IMG/VR virus record: IMGVR_UViG_3300035018_000012
Location: 1-37,757 of that record
Reading direction: 5' to 3' (one strand)
Length of the DNA stretch: 37,757 nucleotides
Source: a virus
Lineage: Duplodnaviria; Caudoviricetes
The position numbers were made by a program, and so were the translations under genes. The notes beneath the pieces were generated by a model. The model saw only the letters and a list, made by a program, of their open reading frames with translations, was not told where the DNA came from and did not search any database. This document shows positions 17,449 through 26,238 of the stretch, in pieces; position 1 is the first letter of the stretch; every line of letters begins with the position of its first letter.

Positions 17449-17823
17449 ATGATCGGTATGGACAAGGCCACCGGCCAGCAGCTTGAAGGCAACGCGCACC
17501 TGGCGCAGTCGATCGGCGATATCCTCTCCACGCCCCTGGGCACCCGCGTCATGCGCCGCGATTACGGCTCGATGCTGTTCGACCTCATCGATCAGCCGAT
17601 CAATCCTGCCACCCGGCTGCTGCTGCATGCCGCGACCGCCATTGCCCTTCAGCGCTGGGAGCCTCGGCTGCGCCTTAAGCGCGTACTCATCGGCCTGGGG
17701 GAGCGCCCGGGCGAGATGGTGGTGGCCATCGAGGGCGAGCGTACCGATATCGGCCAGGCCAACACCCGCGTGCAGCTGTCGATCCCGATCCGGCGCGGCG
17801 GAGCCAGCCCATCGGCGGGATGA
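17449..17823 (+). CDS. gpW: Baseplate protein gpW/gp25 family
   Basis: HLAQSIGDILSTPLGTRVMRRDYGS, ALQRWEPR. Confidence 0.95.
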   Translation: MIGMDKATGQQLEGNAHLAQSIGDILSTPLGTRVMRRDYGSMLFDLIDQPINPATRLLLHAATAIALQRWEPRLRLKRVLIGLGERPGEMVVAIEGERTDIGQANTRVQLSIPIRRGGASPSAG

Positions 17824-17840
17824 TCGCGCCGTCATCGATG

Positions 17841-17861
17841 TTGTAACCGGCCCGGTAACAA
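17841..17861 (+). promoter_or_regulatory. Ogr-type late-promoter dyad, copy 3 (upstream of FI)
   Basis: TTGTAACCG-GCC-CGGTAACAA followed after 9 bp by CTGGCCTTTG. Confidence 0.8.
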
Positions 17862-17950
17862 TCCGCACCACTGGCCTTTGACCCGGCTTTGCCTCTTGTC
17901 TGCGCTGCGAACACCCGCAGCCCAAACTCCAGTTAGAGGCAGATACCATC

Positions 17951-19099
17951 ATGCACGGCATCAAGGTCAATGAGCTTACCACCGGCGCGCGCCCCATCGT
18001 ACCTATCGCCAGCGCCGTTATCGGCCTGGTCGCGACCGCAACGGCTGCTGTAGGCGCACCCACCGAGGCTCTGGACGCTGCCTTCCCGCTCGACACGCCG
18101 GTGCTGGTGGCGGACATCCGCTCTGCCATCGGCAAGGCCGGCACTGGCGGCACGCTGCTGCCGTCGCTTGAGGCTATCGCTGACCAGACCAGCCCCATCC
18201 TGGTCGTGGTGCGGGTCGCGCCGGGCCTTGATGATGCGGCAACCACCGCCAACGTCATCGGCGGCACCGCCGGCGGAAACGCCACCGGCATGCAGTGCTT
18301 GCTCGATGCCCAGGCCCAGCTTGGTATTCGCCCCCGCATTCTGGGGTGCCCCGGCCTCGATACGCAGGAGGTCACCACCGAACTGGCAATCATCGCCAAG
18401 CGGCTGCGTGGCTTCGTCTATGCGCGCGCGATTGGCGACGATATCGACGACGCGCTCACCTATCGTGACGAGTTCGCAGCGCGCGAGCTTATGCTGCTCT
18501 GGCCCAACTTCACCAAGCCCTTCGCGGGTGATGCGGTCGCCCGCGCAATGGGCCTGCGCGCACGCATCGATGAAGAGCAGGGTTGGCACAAGACGCTGTC
18601 CAACGTCGCGATCGATGGTGTCACCGGCATCGACAAGTCGGTCTATTTCGATCTGCAGGATTCGACCACGCCCGCCGGCATCCTCAACGATGGCCAGATC
18701 ACCACCATGGTGCGGATGAACGGCTATCGCTTCTGGGGCAACCGCACCTGCAGCGACCTGCCCGAGTTCGCGTTTGAGAGCGCGGTGCGCACCAGCCAGG
18801 TACTGCAGGATACCATCGCCGAGGGCCTCGCCTGGGCGGTGGACAAGCCCATGACGCGCGGTCTCGTCAAGGACATCCTCGAAACCATCAACGCTGAAAT
18901 TCGCGGCCTGAAAGCGCAGGGCCGGATCATCGACGGCCGCGCATGGTTCGATTCCGCGCTCAACAGCCAGACCGATCTGGCGAGCGGCAAGCTGACGATC
19001 GATTACGATTTCACGCCTGCTGCGCCTGCGGAAAATATCATCCTCAATCAGCGGATTACAGACCGCTATTACGCAGGGTTCGCAGATCAGCTGAACTGA
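17951..19099 (+). CDS. gpFI: Tail sheath protein, P2 gpFI
   Basis: HGIKVNE, RPRILGCPGLD, GWHKTLSNV, GYRFWGNRTCS, IDYDFTP. Confidence 0.96.
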   Translation: MHGIKVNELTTGARPIVPIASAVIGLVATATAAVGAPTEALDAAFPLDTPVLVADIRSAIGKAGTGGTLLPSLEAIADQTSPILVVVRVAPGLDDAATTANVIGGTAGGNATGMQCLLDAQAQLGIRPRILGCPGLDTQEVTTELAIIAKRLRGFVYARAIGDDIDDALTYRDEFAARELMLLWPNFTKPFAGDAVARAMGLRARIDEEQGWHKTLSNVAIDGVTGIDKSVYFDLQDSTTPAGILNDGQITTMVRMNGYRFWGNRTCSDLPEFAFESAVRTSQVLQDTIAEGLAWAVDKPMTRGLVKDILETINAEIRGLKAQGRIIDGRAWFDSALNSQTDLASGKLTIDYDFTPAAPAENIILNQRITDRYYAGFADQLN

Positions 19100-19139
19100 T
19101 CGCCCTCAATTACTCTCTCGACGATCAAAGGAAACCGCC

Positions 19140-19649
19140 ATGGGCCTTCCCCGCAAACTGAAAAACTTCAACCTCTACAACGATGGCAGCAGCTATCTGG
19201 GCGTCGTCGGCGAATTCACCCAGCCCAAGATCGCGGTGCAGATGGAAGAGTGGCGCGGCGGCGGCATGCTCGGCCCGGTGATGATCGACATGGGCCTTGA
19301 GGCGATGGAGGCTGAGTTCGCAGTCGGCGGCCTTGTGACCCAGATGATCCGCCAGTTTGGTATCCCCCGCGTGGATGGTGTTCTGCTGCGCCTGGTCGGG
19401 GCCTATCAGCGCGACGATGGCAGCGCGCCGCAGTCGGTCGAGACCGTGATGCGGGGCCGATATCAGGAAATCGACATGGGCAACGCCAAGGCCGGTGAGG
19501 ATACCGAGCACAAGGCCAAGATGCCGCTCTCCTACTACAAGCTGGTGGTCGATGGCCGCGTTGAGATGGAAATCGACATGATCAACTCGATCTTCATCGT
19601 CGACGGCATCGATCGCTACGCGGAAATCCGCGCCGCCATGGGCCTGTAA
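19140..19649 (+). CDS. gpFII: Major tail tube protein, P2 gpFII
   Basis: MGLPRKLKNFNLYNDG, EEWRGGGMLGPV, GAYQRDD. Confidence 0.96.
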   Translation: MGLPRKLKNFNLYNDGSSYLGVVGEFTQPKIAVQMEEWRGGGMLGPVMIDMGLEAMEAEFAVGGLVTQMIRQFGIPRVDGVLLRLVGAYQRDDGSAPQSVETVMRGRYQEIDMGNAKAGEDTEHKAKMPLSYYKLVVDGRVEMEIDMINSIFIVDGIDRYAEIRAAMGL

Positions 19650-19770
19650 CCTTTCGCCATTGCCCCGCGCGCGCTGCCATTGGGGGACGGTGCGCGAGGG
19701 GCAGGGGCCGGGGGTGTGTTAGGCGCTCCCGGCCCACCCTCATCTCCCCCGCAATTTGAAAGCATCCCCC

Positions 19771-20118
19771 ATGACGGACACCCCCAACGCAAAGACTCCC
19801 CGATTTTCCGATCCCATCCCATTGGTCGAACCCATCGTGCGCGGTGAAACCACCATCGACACCCTCACCTTGCGCAAGCCGATGTCGGGTGAGCTGCGCG
19901 GGCTCAGCCTGTCGGACCTGCTGACCAGCGATGTCGGCACCATCATCACGTTGGTGCCGCGCATCTCCAACCCCATCCTCACCGACCTCGAGGCAAACAA
20001 CCTCGACCCGTCAGACCTTGCCCAGATCGGTGGCACCATTCGCGGTTTTTTTCTGACGCCGGGGGAGAGGGAGATGATCGAGCGGATGCAGGCACAGGCC
20101 TCGATACCAGCGACCTGA
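19771..20118 (+). CDS. gpE: Tail assembly chaperone, P2 gpE
   Basis: PIVRGETTI..LTLRKPMSGELRGLSL, LDPSDL...GFFL. Confidence 0.92.
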   Translation: MTDTPNAKTPRFSDPIPLVEPIVRGETTIDTLTLRKPMSGELRGLSLSDLLTSDVGTIITLVPRISNPILTDLEANNLDPSDLAQIGGTIRGFFLTPGEREMIERMQAQASIPAT

Positions 20119-20249
20119 TCGCCGATGTGGCTGCGATCTTCCATTGGCCGTTATCGGACATCGAGGCGCTCGACCTGGTCGATCTGATCGGATGGCGCAG
20201 CCGTGCAGTCGACCGATGGAATCGCATGCACGGTGGCAAGGACGCATGA
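20044..20249 (+). CDS. gpE': gpE' extension reached by -1 programmed ribosomal frameshift
   Basis: Slippery GGTTTTTTTC at 20044-20053. The -1 frame is open from there to TGA 20247-20249 and encodes LIADVAAIFHWPLSDIEALDLVDLIGWRSRA, the gpE' signature. Confidence 0.88.
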
Positions 20250-20271
20250 GCGAAGGGAAGGGGCACAGTAA

Positions 20272-22515
20272 ATGAGCAGCAAACTGTCCCTCCTGGTGAG
20301 CTTCCTGGGCGCCGACCGTCTGAGCGGCACCATCCGCAACATCAGCCGCGAAAGCAAAAAGGCTGGCGAGGCGCTCAAGGCGATGAACGCCAACGCGCGC
20401 AGCCAGAAGCGTGAGCTCGCCGACCTGCGCCGGCAGATCGCAGGCTCCACCGGCGATGTCACCGAACTGCAGGCGCGTGAGCGTGAACTTGAGCGCCAGC
20501 TGGAGCGTACCAACAGCGACATCGAGCAGCAGAAAAAGCAGCTCACCGAACTGTCTGCGATCGACCGGGCCACCGCAGAGCGGGTCGAAGCTTCGCAGAA
20601 GCTGATCGCATCGGGCCAGGCCGATATCGCGCAGGGCCTTGGCTTGGCAGCGCCGCTGATTTTGGCGGGCAAAGCGGCCATGGACAATGAAAAGTCGCTG
20701 GCCCTGATGGCCCAGAAGCTCGACCTCTCGAAAGCTGAGACCGACAAGCTGGGTGCCAGCATGTTGCGCACCGCCATCGCGACCAAGCAGCTACCGGAAA
20801 ACATCATCACCGCTGCCGATTTCCTTGCCAGCAAGGGGCTGGGGCAGAAGGAAGTGGAGGGCATGCTGCCGGTACTCGGCAAGTTCGGCACCGCCTGGGA
20901 TGCGAACGTCAGCGATGCCGCGAAGGCAGCGCATGCCAACATGCTGTCCCTCAAGGTTCCTCTAAACCAGACCGCTGCCGCGCTGCAGATCATGGCGGTC
21001 GCTGGACAGAAGGGCGGATTTGAGGTCAAGAACATGGCCGCGGAGTTCCCGGAGCTGGCCAGCCAGATGGCCACCCTGGGCTCGACTGGCTTGGATGCAG
21101 TGGCCGACCTGTCGTCTGCGCTGCAGGTGATTGAGGCCAAGACCGGCGATGGCGCGCAGGCAGCCAACAACCTCAACAACATGATGCGCTTTGTCGGTTC
21201 GAAAGAAGGCATCGATCGGTTCAAAAAGCTGGGCATCGACATACCCGCCGCCCTGAAGAAAGCTGCAAAGGAGGGGCGCAGCCCGCTCGAAACCATCGCC
21301 AAACTCACCAACAAGGCAACCGGCGGCGACGATGCCAAGCTCGGCTTGATCTTTTCCGACGCCCAGGCCCTCGCCGGTGTGCGCGCGCTGATCCAGAGCG
21401 AGGAAGAATACATCGCGATCCGCAAGGCTGCGCTGAATGCCAGGGGCATGACGGAGAAGGAATTCACCCGAATGTCCGCCACCGCCAACGCGAACTGGGT
21501 GACCTTCCAGGGCAGCATGCAGGGCCTTGTGGTGACGTTGGGTACGCACCTGTTGCCGCTGCTGACAGACGGCGTGAAGTGGATCACCGGAGTATCACAA
21601 TCGGTTGTCGCCTGGGCACAAGCTAACCCGGAAACCGCAGCCTCGATCATGAAGCTGGCGGCGGGCCTGGCGGTGTTCAAGGTCGGGCTGGGCGTCACGA
21701 AGATTGCGCTTGGTGCCATAATCGGCCCGATCGCAAAGTTCTGGGGGTTCATCCAGCGAATGCGTGCGGTCGGCGCTGCGGCCAAGGCATTATGGCTACT
21801 CCGCTCGGGTCTATGGGTGGCGGGCAAGGCTGCGCTGTGGCTAGGTCGAGCCCTCATGGCCAACCCGATCGGCCTCATCGTCGGTGCTTTGGCCATCGCG
21901 GCGTATCTGATCTACACCCATTGGGATACGATCAAGGCTGCATTCTGGTCGGCGGTCGGGTGGCTGGGTGAGACCTGGTCGCTGATCAAGGCCAAGTTTG
22001 CGGATGGCGTGGCCTTTTTGCAGACGCTGCCCGGCAGGATGATCGGCTTGGGAAAGAACATCGTGCAGGGCTTGGTGGCCGGTATTCTGGCCGCTCCCGG
22101 CGCAGTGTGGAATGCCCTCAAACGCATCGTCAATATCGGTATCGATGGCGTGAAGAACTTCCTCGGCATCAAGTCGCCGAGCCGTCTGTTCATGGCGTTG
22201 GGGGGCCATGTCAGCTCAGGCATGGCGCTGGGCATCGATGGTGGCAGAGGCCGGGCGATGCAGTCTGCTCAGCGCCTCGCGTCCGGTGTTGCATCCGCCG
22301 GGGCACCGCGTCTGGCAGCTGCTGCTGGACAGCCGATCCGAGCAGCTGCTGGCGCAGGCGCAGCGAATGCCTTCGGCGGCGGTGCACCGCTTACCATTAA
22401 CTTCACGATCAACGCTCTGCCGGGCCAAGATGTGAACGAGCTTGCCGACAAGATCGTGAAAAAGATCGAGCGGATGGCAGGGGTCGCCAGGCGCTCCAGC
22501 TATGAGGATGATTGA
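20272..22515 (+). CDS. gpT: Tail tape measure protein, P2 gpT
   Basis: 747-aa Ala-rich helical protein after E/E'; ANPIGLIV, FLGIKSPSRLF. Confidence 0.93.
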   Translation: MSSKLSLLVSFLGADRLSGTIRNISRESKKAGEALKAMNANARSQKRELADLRRQIAGSTGDVTELQARERELERQLERTNSDIEQQKKQLTELSAIDRATAERVEASQKLIASGQADIAQGLGLAAPLILAGKAAMDNEKSLALMAQKLDLSKAETDKLGASMLRTAIATKQLPENIITAADFLASKGLGQKEVEGMLPVLGKFGTAWDANVSDAAKAAHANMLSLKVPLNQTAAALQIMAVAGQKGGFEVKNMAAEFPELASQMATLGSTGLDAVADLSSALQVIEAKTGDGAQAANNLNNMMRFVGSKEGIDRFKKLGIDIPAALKKAAKEGRSPLETIAKLTNKATGGDDAKLGLIFSDAQALAGVRALIQSEEEYIAIRKAALNARGMTEKEFTRMSATANANWVTFQGSMQGLVVTLGTHLLPLLTDGVKWITGVSQSVVAWAQANPETAASIMKLAAGLAVFKVGLGVTKIALGAIIGPIAKFWGFIQRMRAVGAAAKALWLLRSGLWVAGKAALWLGRALMANPIGLIVGALAIAAYLIYTHWDTIKAAFWSAVGWLGETWSLIKAKFADGVAFLQTLPGRMIGLGKNIVQGLVAGILAAPGAVWNALKRIVNIGIDGVKNFLGIKSPSRLFMALGGHVSSGMALGIDGGRGRAMQSAQRLASGVASAGAPRLAAAAGQPIRAAAGAGAANAFGGGAPLTINFTINALPGQDVNELADKIVKKIERMAGVARRSSYEDD

Positions 22516-22518
22516 TCG

Positions 22519-23061
22519 ATGGTCCGCTTCCCTCCAGCCTTCAACCTGCCCTTCGACAAGGCGCGCGGCCGCGTGGATCAGATCCGCTCGGATGCTCGCC
22601 GCCTCAACGATCTGTTCGGTGCGGTGTTCGCCACGCCCACGCTCGACACATCCGCTCTGCGCACCGCTGGCCTGCCCGAGGGCACCGAGCTGATGGCGCT
22701 CGGGATGTTCGTGTTTGGCATGCAGAGCCTGCCATATCAGGAATTCCAGCGGCGGATGAGCTGGCGGCACGCGACAAGCGAGCGCCATGGTGAGCGCCCC
22801 GCTGCCCAGTATGTCGGCCTCGGCGAAGATAACGTCAGCCTCATCGGCGTACTGGTGCCAGAGGTCGCAGGCAGCTTTGGCGCGATCGATGACCTGGTCG
22901 ATATGGCCAGCACCGGCGACAACTGGCCGCTGCTCGATGGCGCCGGGCAGATCTGGGGCAGCTATCGTATCGTGGCGATCGACCGCAAAGGCACCTCGAT
23001 CATTGCCGGCGGCATCGCTCGGCGTACGGAGTTCGCGATCGATCTAGAGCGGCAGGACTAG
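22519..23061 (+). CDS. gpU: Tail protein, P2 gpU
   Basis: LMALGMFVFGMQSLPYQEFQRR..WRH, QYVGLGED. Alternative start at 22693. Confidence 0.9.
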   Translation: MVRFPPAFNLPFDKARGRVDQIRSDARRLNDLFGAVFATPTLDTSALRTAGLPEGTELMALGMFVFGMQSLPYQEFQRRMSWRHATSERHGERPAAQYVGLGEDNVSLIGVLVPEVAGSFGAIDDLVDMASTGDNWPLLDGAGQIWGSYRIVAIDRKGTSIIAGGIARRTEFAIDLERQD

Positions 23062-23063
23062 TC

Positions 23064-24062
23064 GTGGCTGCCAACAAGGCCCAATGCCGCCTGGTGCTCG
23101 ACAACGGCGTCGACCTCAGCAGCCGGGTCAACCCGCGCATCATCGACCTGAGCCTCACCGAAAAGCGCGGCGGGGAAGCCGATACCCTCGACCTTACGAT
23201 CCACAATCACGATGGTCTGGTGGCCCCGCCCAAGGTCGGCGCAATCCTCAATCTGGCGCTGGGGTGGGAGAGCGGTGAGGATGTGCTGCCCGGCCTTGTC
23301 GACAAGGGCAGCTATCGTATCGATGAGGTCGAGCGCAGCGGCCCGCCCGACATCATCACGATCCGCGCGCGCTCGGCCGACCTCACCGGCGACTATCGTA
23401 CGCGCCGGACCAAAAGCTGGCTGGACACCACGCTGGGTGCGATCATCCAGACGATCGCGGGCGAGAACGGCTTTTCGTCCCGCATAGCAGGCGAGCTGGC
23501 ATTGATCCCGATCAAGGCAGTCGAACAGGCAGGCAAGAGCGACATGGCCTTTGTCCGCGATCTGGGGCGGCGCTACGACGCTGTCGCCACGGTCAAGGCG
23601 GGCAACCTCATCTTCATGCCTTTGGGCTCCAGCACCACGCCCGGCGGCAAGACGCTGCCCACACTGCGGCTGAGCAAGGTCGATGGCTGGAGCTGGACGT
23701 TCCGGCAGGAGGAACGCACCGGCGCCGATGGCGCGGAGGCGGAATATCACGATCAGGATGCCGCCAAGCGCCGGAAAGTGAGCACTGGGGGCAGCAAACC
23801 GCGCAAGCTGAAAAAGGTCTATGCCACCAGGGAAGATGCGGAGAAGGCAGCGCAGACCGCCGCCGCCAAGGCCAAGCGGGGCAAGTTCAGTTTCTCGTAT
23901 GATCTGGCGTTCGGAGATCCGGCGATCACACCCAATCAGCCTGTCGCATTGCGCGGGTGGGACAGCGAGATCGACGGCATCGCATGGTTGGTCGCCGAAG
24001 TGACCACCCGCTATGGCAGTGGCGGTCTGGTGACCGCGATCAAGCTTGAGAGCGCTGGGTAG
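23064..24062 (+). CDS. gpD: Baseplate hub/late control protein, P2 gpD
   Basis: LSLTEKRGGEADTLDL, DKGSYRIDEVERSGPPD, SDMAFVRDLGRRYDAVATVKAG. Confidence 0.94.
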   Translation: MAANKAQCRLVLDNGVDLSSRVNPRIIDLSLTEKRGGEADTLDLTIHNHDGLVAPPKVGAILNLALGWESGEDVLPGLVDKGSYRIDEVERSGPPDIITIRARSADLTGDYRTRRTKSWLDTTLGAIIQTIAGENGFSSRIAGELALIPIKAVEQAGKSDMAFVRDLGRRYDAVATVKAGNLIFMPLGSSTTPGGKTLPTLRLSKVDGWSWTFRQEERTGADGAEAEYHDQDAAKRRKVSTGGSKPRKLKKVYATREDAEKAAQTAAAKAKRGKFSFSYDLAFGDPAITPNQPVALRGWDSEIDGIAWLVAEVTTRYGSGGLVTAIKLESAG

Positions 24063-24065
24063 CCG

Positions 24066-24392
24066 CTAGAGCTTCCATTTTTCTGCAAACTTACCGAATT
24101 GTTGAGCGGCCAATGCTAATGCGACCCCGGCCATGCCAGCTTGCCAACCATATGATATTGTCATGAGCAGAAATAGAAACCAGAGTCCTGCGATAAACGG
24201 CAGTGGTTCAATGTTGGCAATGATCATGCATATCGTGGCTAGGAGCATCAGCGCCCATGGGGCTAGGCAAATCAAGAACAGAGCTATGCCTAACGTCTTG
24301 TCAATTAGAGAGCCGACGATGCCAACGGGCATAGCCGCCATAGTTATTACGACGAACAGCGCAGTGCGGTCGCTTTGATCCCAGCGCCTCAT
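24066..24392 (-). CDS. Hypothetical multi-pass membrane protein (cargo)
   Basis: Three to four hydrophobic segments; visibly AT-richer than flanks; GAGG RBS; last gene of the cI operon. Confidence 0.65.
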   Translation of the reverse strand: MRRWDQSDRTALFVVITMAAMPVGIVGSLIDKTLGIALFLICLAPWALMLLATICMIIANIEPLPFIAGLWFLFLLMTISYGWQAGMAGVALALAAQQFGKFAEKWKL

Positions 24393-24399
24393 TCGTCCC

Positions 24400-24825
24400 T
24401 CACCCGCACCGGTGAGTCCGCCAGTACTTGGCCCATCGCTCGACCAGCTTGGCCTTCGTCATCGCGCAGCTGATATCCCCGTGCACCGGCGACACACACC
24501 AGGCCGCAGTGCGTCTCCCGCCTGCGCCGCCTGCCGATACACAGGTGAGGCGCGGCCCTTTGACCAGCAGATGCCCGGTGGCGGCCATGCCGGTGACTTT
24601 GCCCAGCAGCTGCGCAAGGCCGTCACGGGCTGCTGTCGCGCTGGCATCGGGGCAGGGGTGGCCGGGACTGCAGCTGCCGTCCATCTCGCGCGCCGCGATG
24701 CCCGAAAGCCTTATGCGCGGGCCTTCCGCACACCAGATCGGGCCGTCGCCGTCCCACACATGGGTGGGAGTGCAGCCGAAGGTCTGGCCGGTTGCGATCA
24801 CCAATGCGATATCCAGCAGGATCAT
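24400..24825 (-). CDS. Thermonuclease (SNase)-like protein, probably exported
   Basis: Hydrophobic N-terminus; VWDGDG and RIRLSGIAARE resemble SNase DGDT and RLxGIDAPE; multiple cysteines. Confidence 0.72.
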   Translation of the reverse strand: MILLDIALVIATGQTFGCTPTHVWDGDGPIWCAEGPRIRLSGIAAREMDGSCSPGHPCPDASATAARDGLAQLLGKVTGMAATGHLLVKGPRLTCVSAGGAGGRRTAAWCVSPVHGDISCAMTKAKLVERWAKYWRTHRCG

Positions 24826-25466
24826 GCGTCTAGAAAGCTGAGGCTATCCGCAGCCAGGCCGCTGTCGGCGCCAAGCGCCTTAAGCGACCCAATGCACAAA
24901 TTATGGGTCGTTCTCGCATCTTGGACAGCATCCTTGAATTTCTGTGCAGTGGCAAAGCTGTAATCTCCATCGAGGGCCACCTTCACGGTTTTCAGCGCCT
25001 CGGCGCGCAGCTTTGCTGCTCTGGCACACTCATTTAGCGCAAAGTCCAGATTGTTCGTCATCACCTGAGTGGCAAGCTTGAGCCGGTCGATCTGGCCAAG
25101 GTCGCGCACCGCGTCGTCGCAATCCGGCTCACCGAGATCTGCGCGGCTATAAGCCTTCATCAGATTGTCCGGGTTCTCGCCAGCTGTGCCCAACAGATCG
25201 ACCGTTGCCTCAATTGCGAATTTGCAGCTGTTGGATGCGAGTGAAGCCTGCCGCAGCACCGTCAGTAACTCTTCCTGCGCAATTTCGTTGGCGCTGGGCA
25301 GGGCAGGATTCGTCGCTGCCATTTGTGGCGCTGAGACAGCGGCAACCGGCTTTTCGTCTGCTGGCGGGGGTCCAACAATTACACCTATCGCCAGCACCGA
25401 CGCTAAAAGACCGATCACACCCCCGATCAGATAGAGCCCAATCCGTTTTACTTTTCCCCGCATCAT
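24822..25466 (-). CDS. Hypothetical membrane-anchored periplasmic protein
   Basis: Basic N-terminus plus transmembrane helix, Pro/Ala linker, helical domain with four Cys; 9 bp downstream of cI and overlapping the nuclease start. Confidence 0.7.
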   Translation of the reverse strand: MMRGKVKRIGLYLIGGVIGLLASVLAIGVIVGPPPADEKPVAAVSAPQMAATNPALPSANEIAQEELLTVLRQASLASNSCKFAIEATVDLLGTAGENPDNLMKAYSRADLGEPDCDDAVRDLGQIDRLKLATQVMTNNLDFALNECARAAKLRAEALKTVKVALDGDYSFATAQKFKDAVQDARTTHNLCIGSLKALGADSGLAADSLSFLDA

Positions 25467-25475
25467 CAAGCGCCC

Positions 25476-26153
25476 CTATACTTTGCGCATCACCCCGACA
25501 ACGCGACCAATAACAGACAGTTCGCCATCATAAGCAACCTCGTCACGCACCGACGGGTTGTCGCTCATCAGCTTTACGCCGCCATCGGGCTGGGGCCTGA
25601 TGCGCTTGATCATCCCCGCGCCGCCCCAAGCCACGGCCCAGATGCGGTCGGCCATGTTCACGGTCTGCTGAGTGGTGTCGATCAGTACGATGTCGCGGTC
25701 CATTATCGTCGGCATCATCGAGTCGCCGGCGCCGTGCGCAAAGAACAGATATTCCGGTGAGGCGCGGGTGAACTGGATTACCCAGTCCGATGGAAAAACC
25801 CGCTCGATTTCGGTGACCGGGACGCCGTCGATCCAGCTGGCACCCATGCCATAATCCAGATCAATTTCCTTGATTCGCACCCCGCCCACCTGGTCGGCGA
25901 TATCGTCCGCCGTAGGCACCGGCAGCGCGCCCTCGCTGGGATCGTCGGTCTCGCCTGTTAGCCATCCTGGTGTGGTTCCCAGTTCTCGAGCGATGCGGTG
26001 CAGATACTTTGAGCCAAATGAATGCCCGCGGGTGATTTTCGCGATCGATGCCTGCGATATGCCAATCCGCTGGGCCAGGCCGTTTTGGCTTAGCCCCCGC
26101 TCATCCATCCGCTGCCTTACCCGTGCGGGATCGATTCGGCCTTCGTCGCTCAT
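25476..26153 (-). CDS. cI: CI-like repressor (XRE HTH plus S24 peptidase)
   Basis: HTH LSQNGLAQRIGISQASIAKI; S24 catalytic GDSMMP and IKRI; divergent from cro. Confidence 0.93.
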   Translation of the reverse strand: MSDEGRIDPARVRQRMDERGLSQNGLAQRIGISQASIAKITRGHSFGSKYLHRIARELGTTPGWLTGETDDPSEGALPVPTADDIADQVGGVRIKEIDLDYGMGASWIDGVPVTEIERVFPSDWVIQFTRASPEYLFFAHGAGDSMMPTIMDRDIVLIDTTQQTVNMADRIWAVAWGGAGMIKRIRPQPDGGVKLMSDNPSVRDEVAYDGELSVIGRVVGVMRKV

Positions 26154-26164
26154 GGCTCAGCGAT

Positions 26165-26231
26165 AACCACCAAGGTAATAGCCTGCCTGTGTATTTTGGT
26201 ACTTGACGAGCCTATAACCTAGGTTGTATCT
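26165..26231. promoter_or_regulatory. cI/cro control region with operator-like sites and a rightward promoter
   Basis: Dyad TATAACCTAGGTTGTA (26213-26228), related cores ACCAAGGT (26169-26176) and ATTTTGGT (26193-26200); TTGACG -35 at 26203. Confidence 0.7.
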
Positions 26232-26238
26232 GGTAGGC

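Noticed and set aside
20151-21896. Long antisense ORFs (also 4975-6087, 15157-16626, 16834-18399, 28192-29799)
   Set aside because: Shadow frames of high-GC coding genes with no recognisable motifs.
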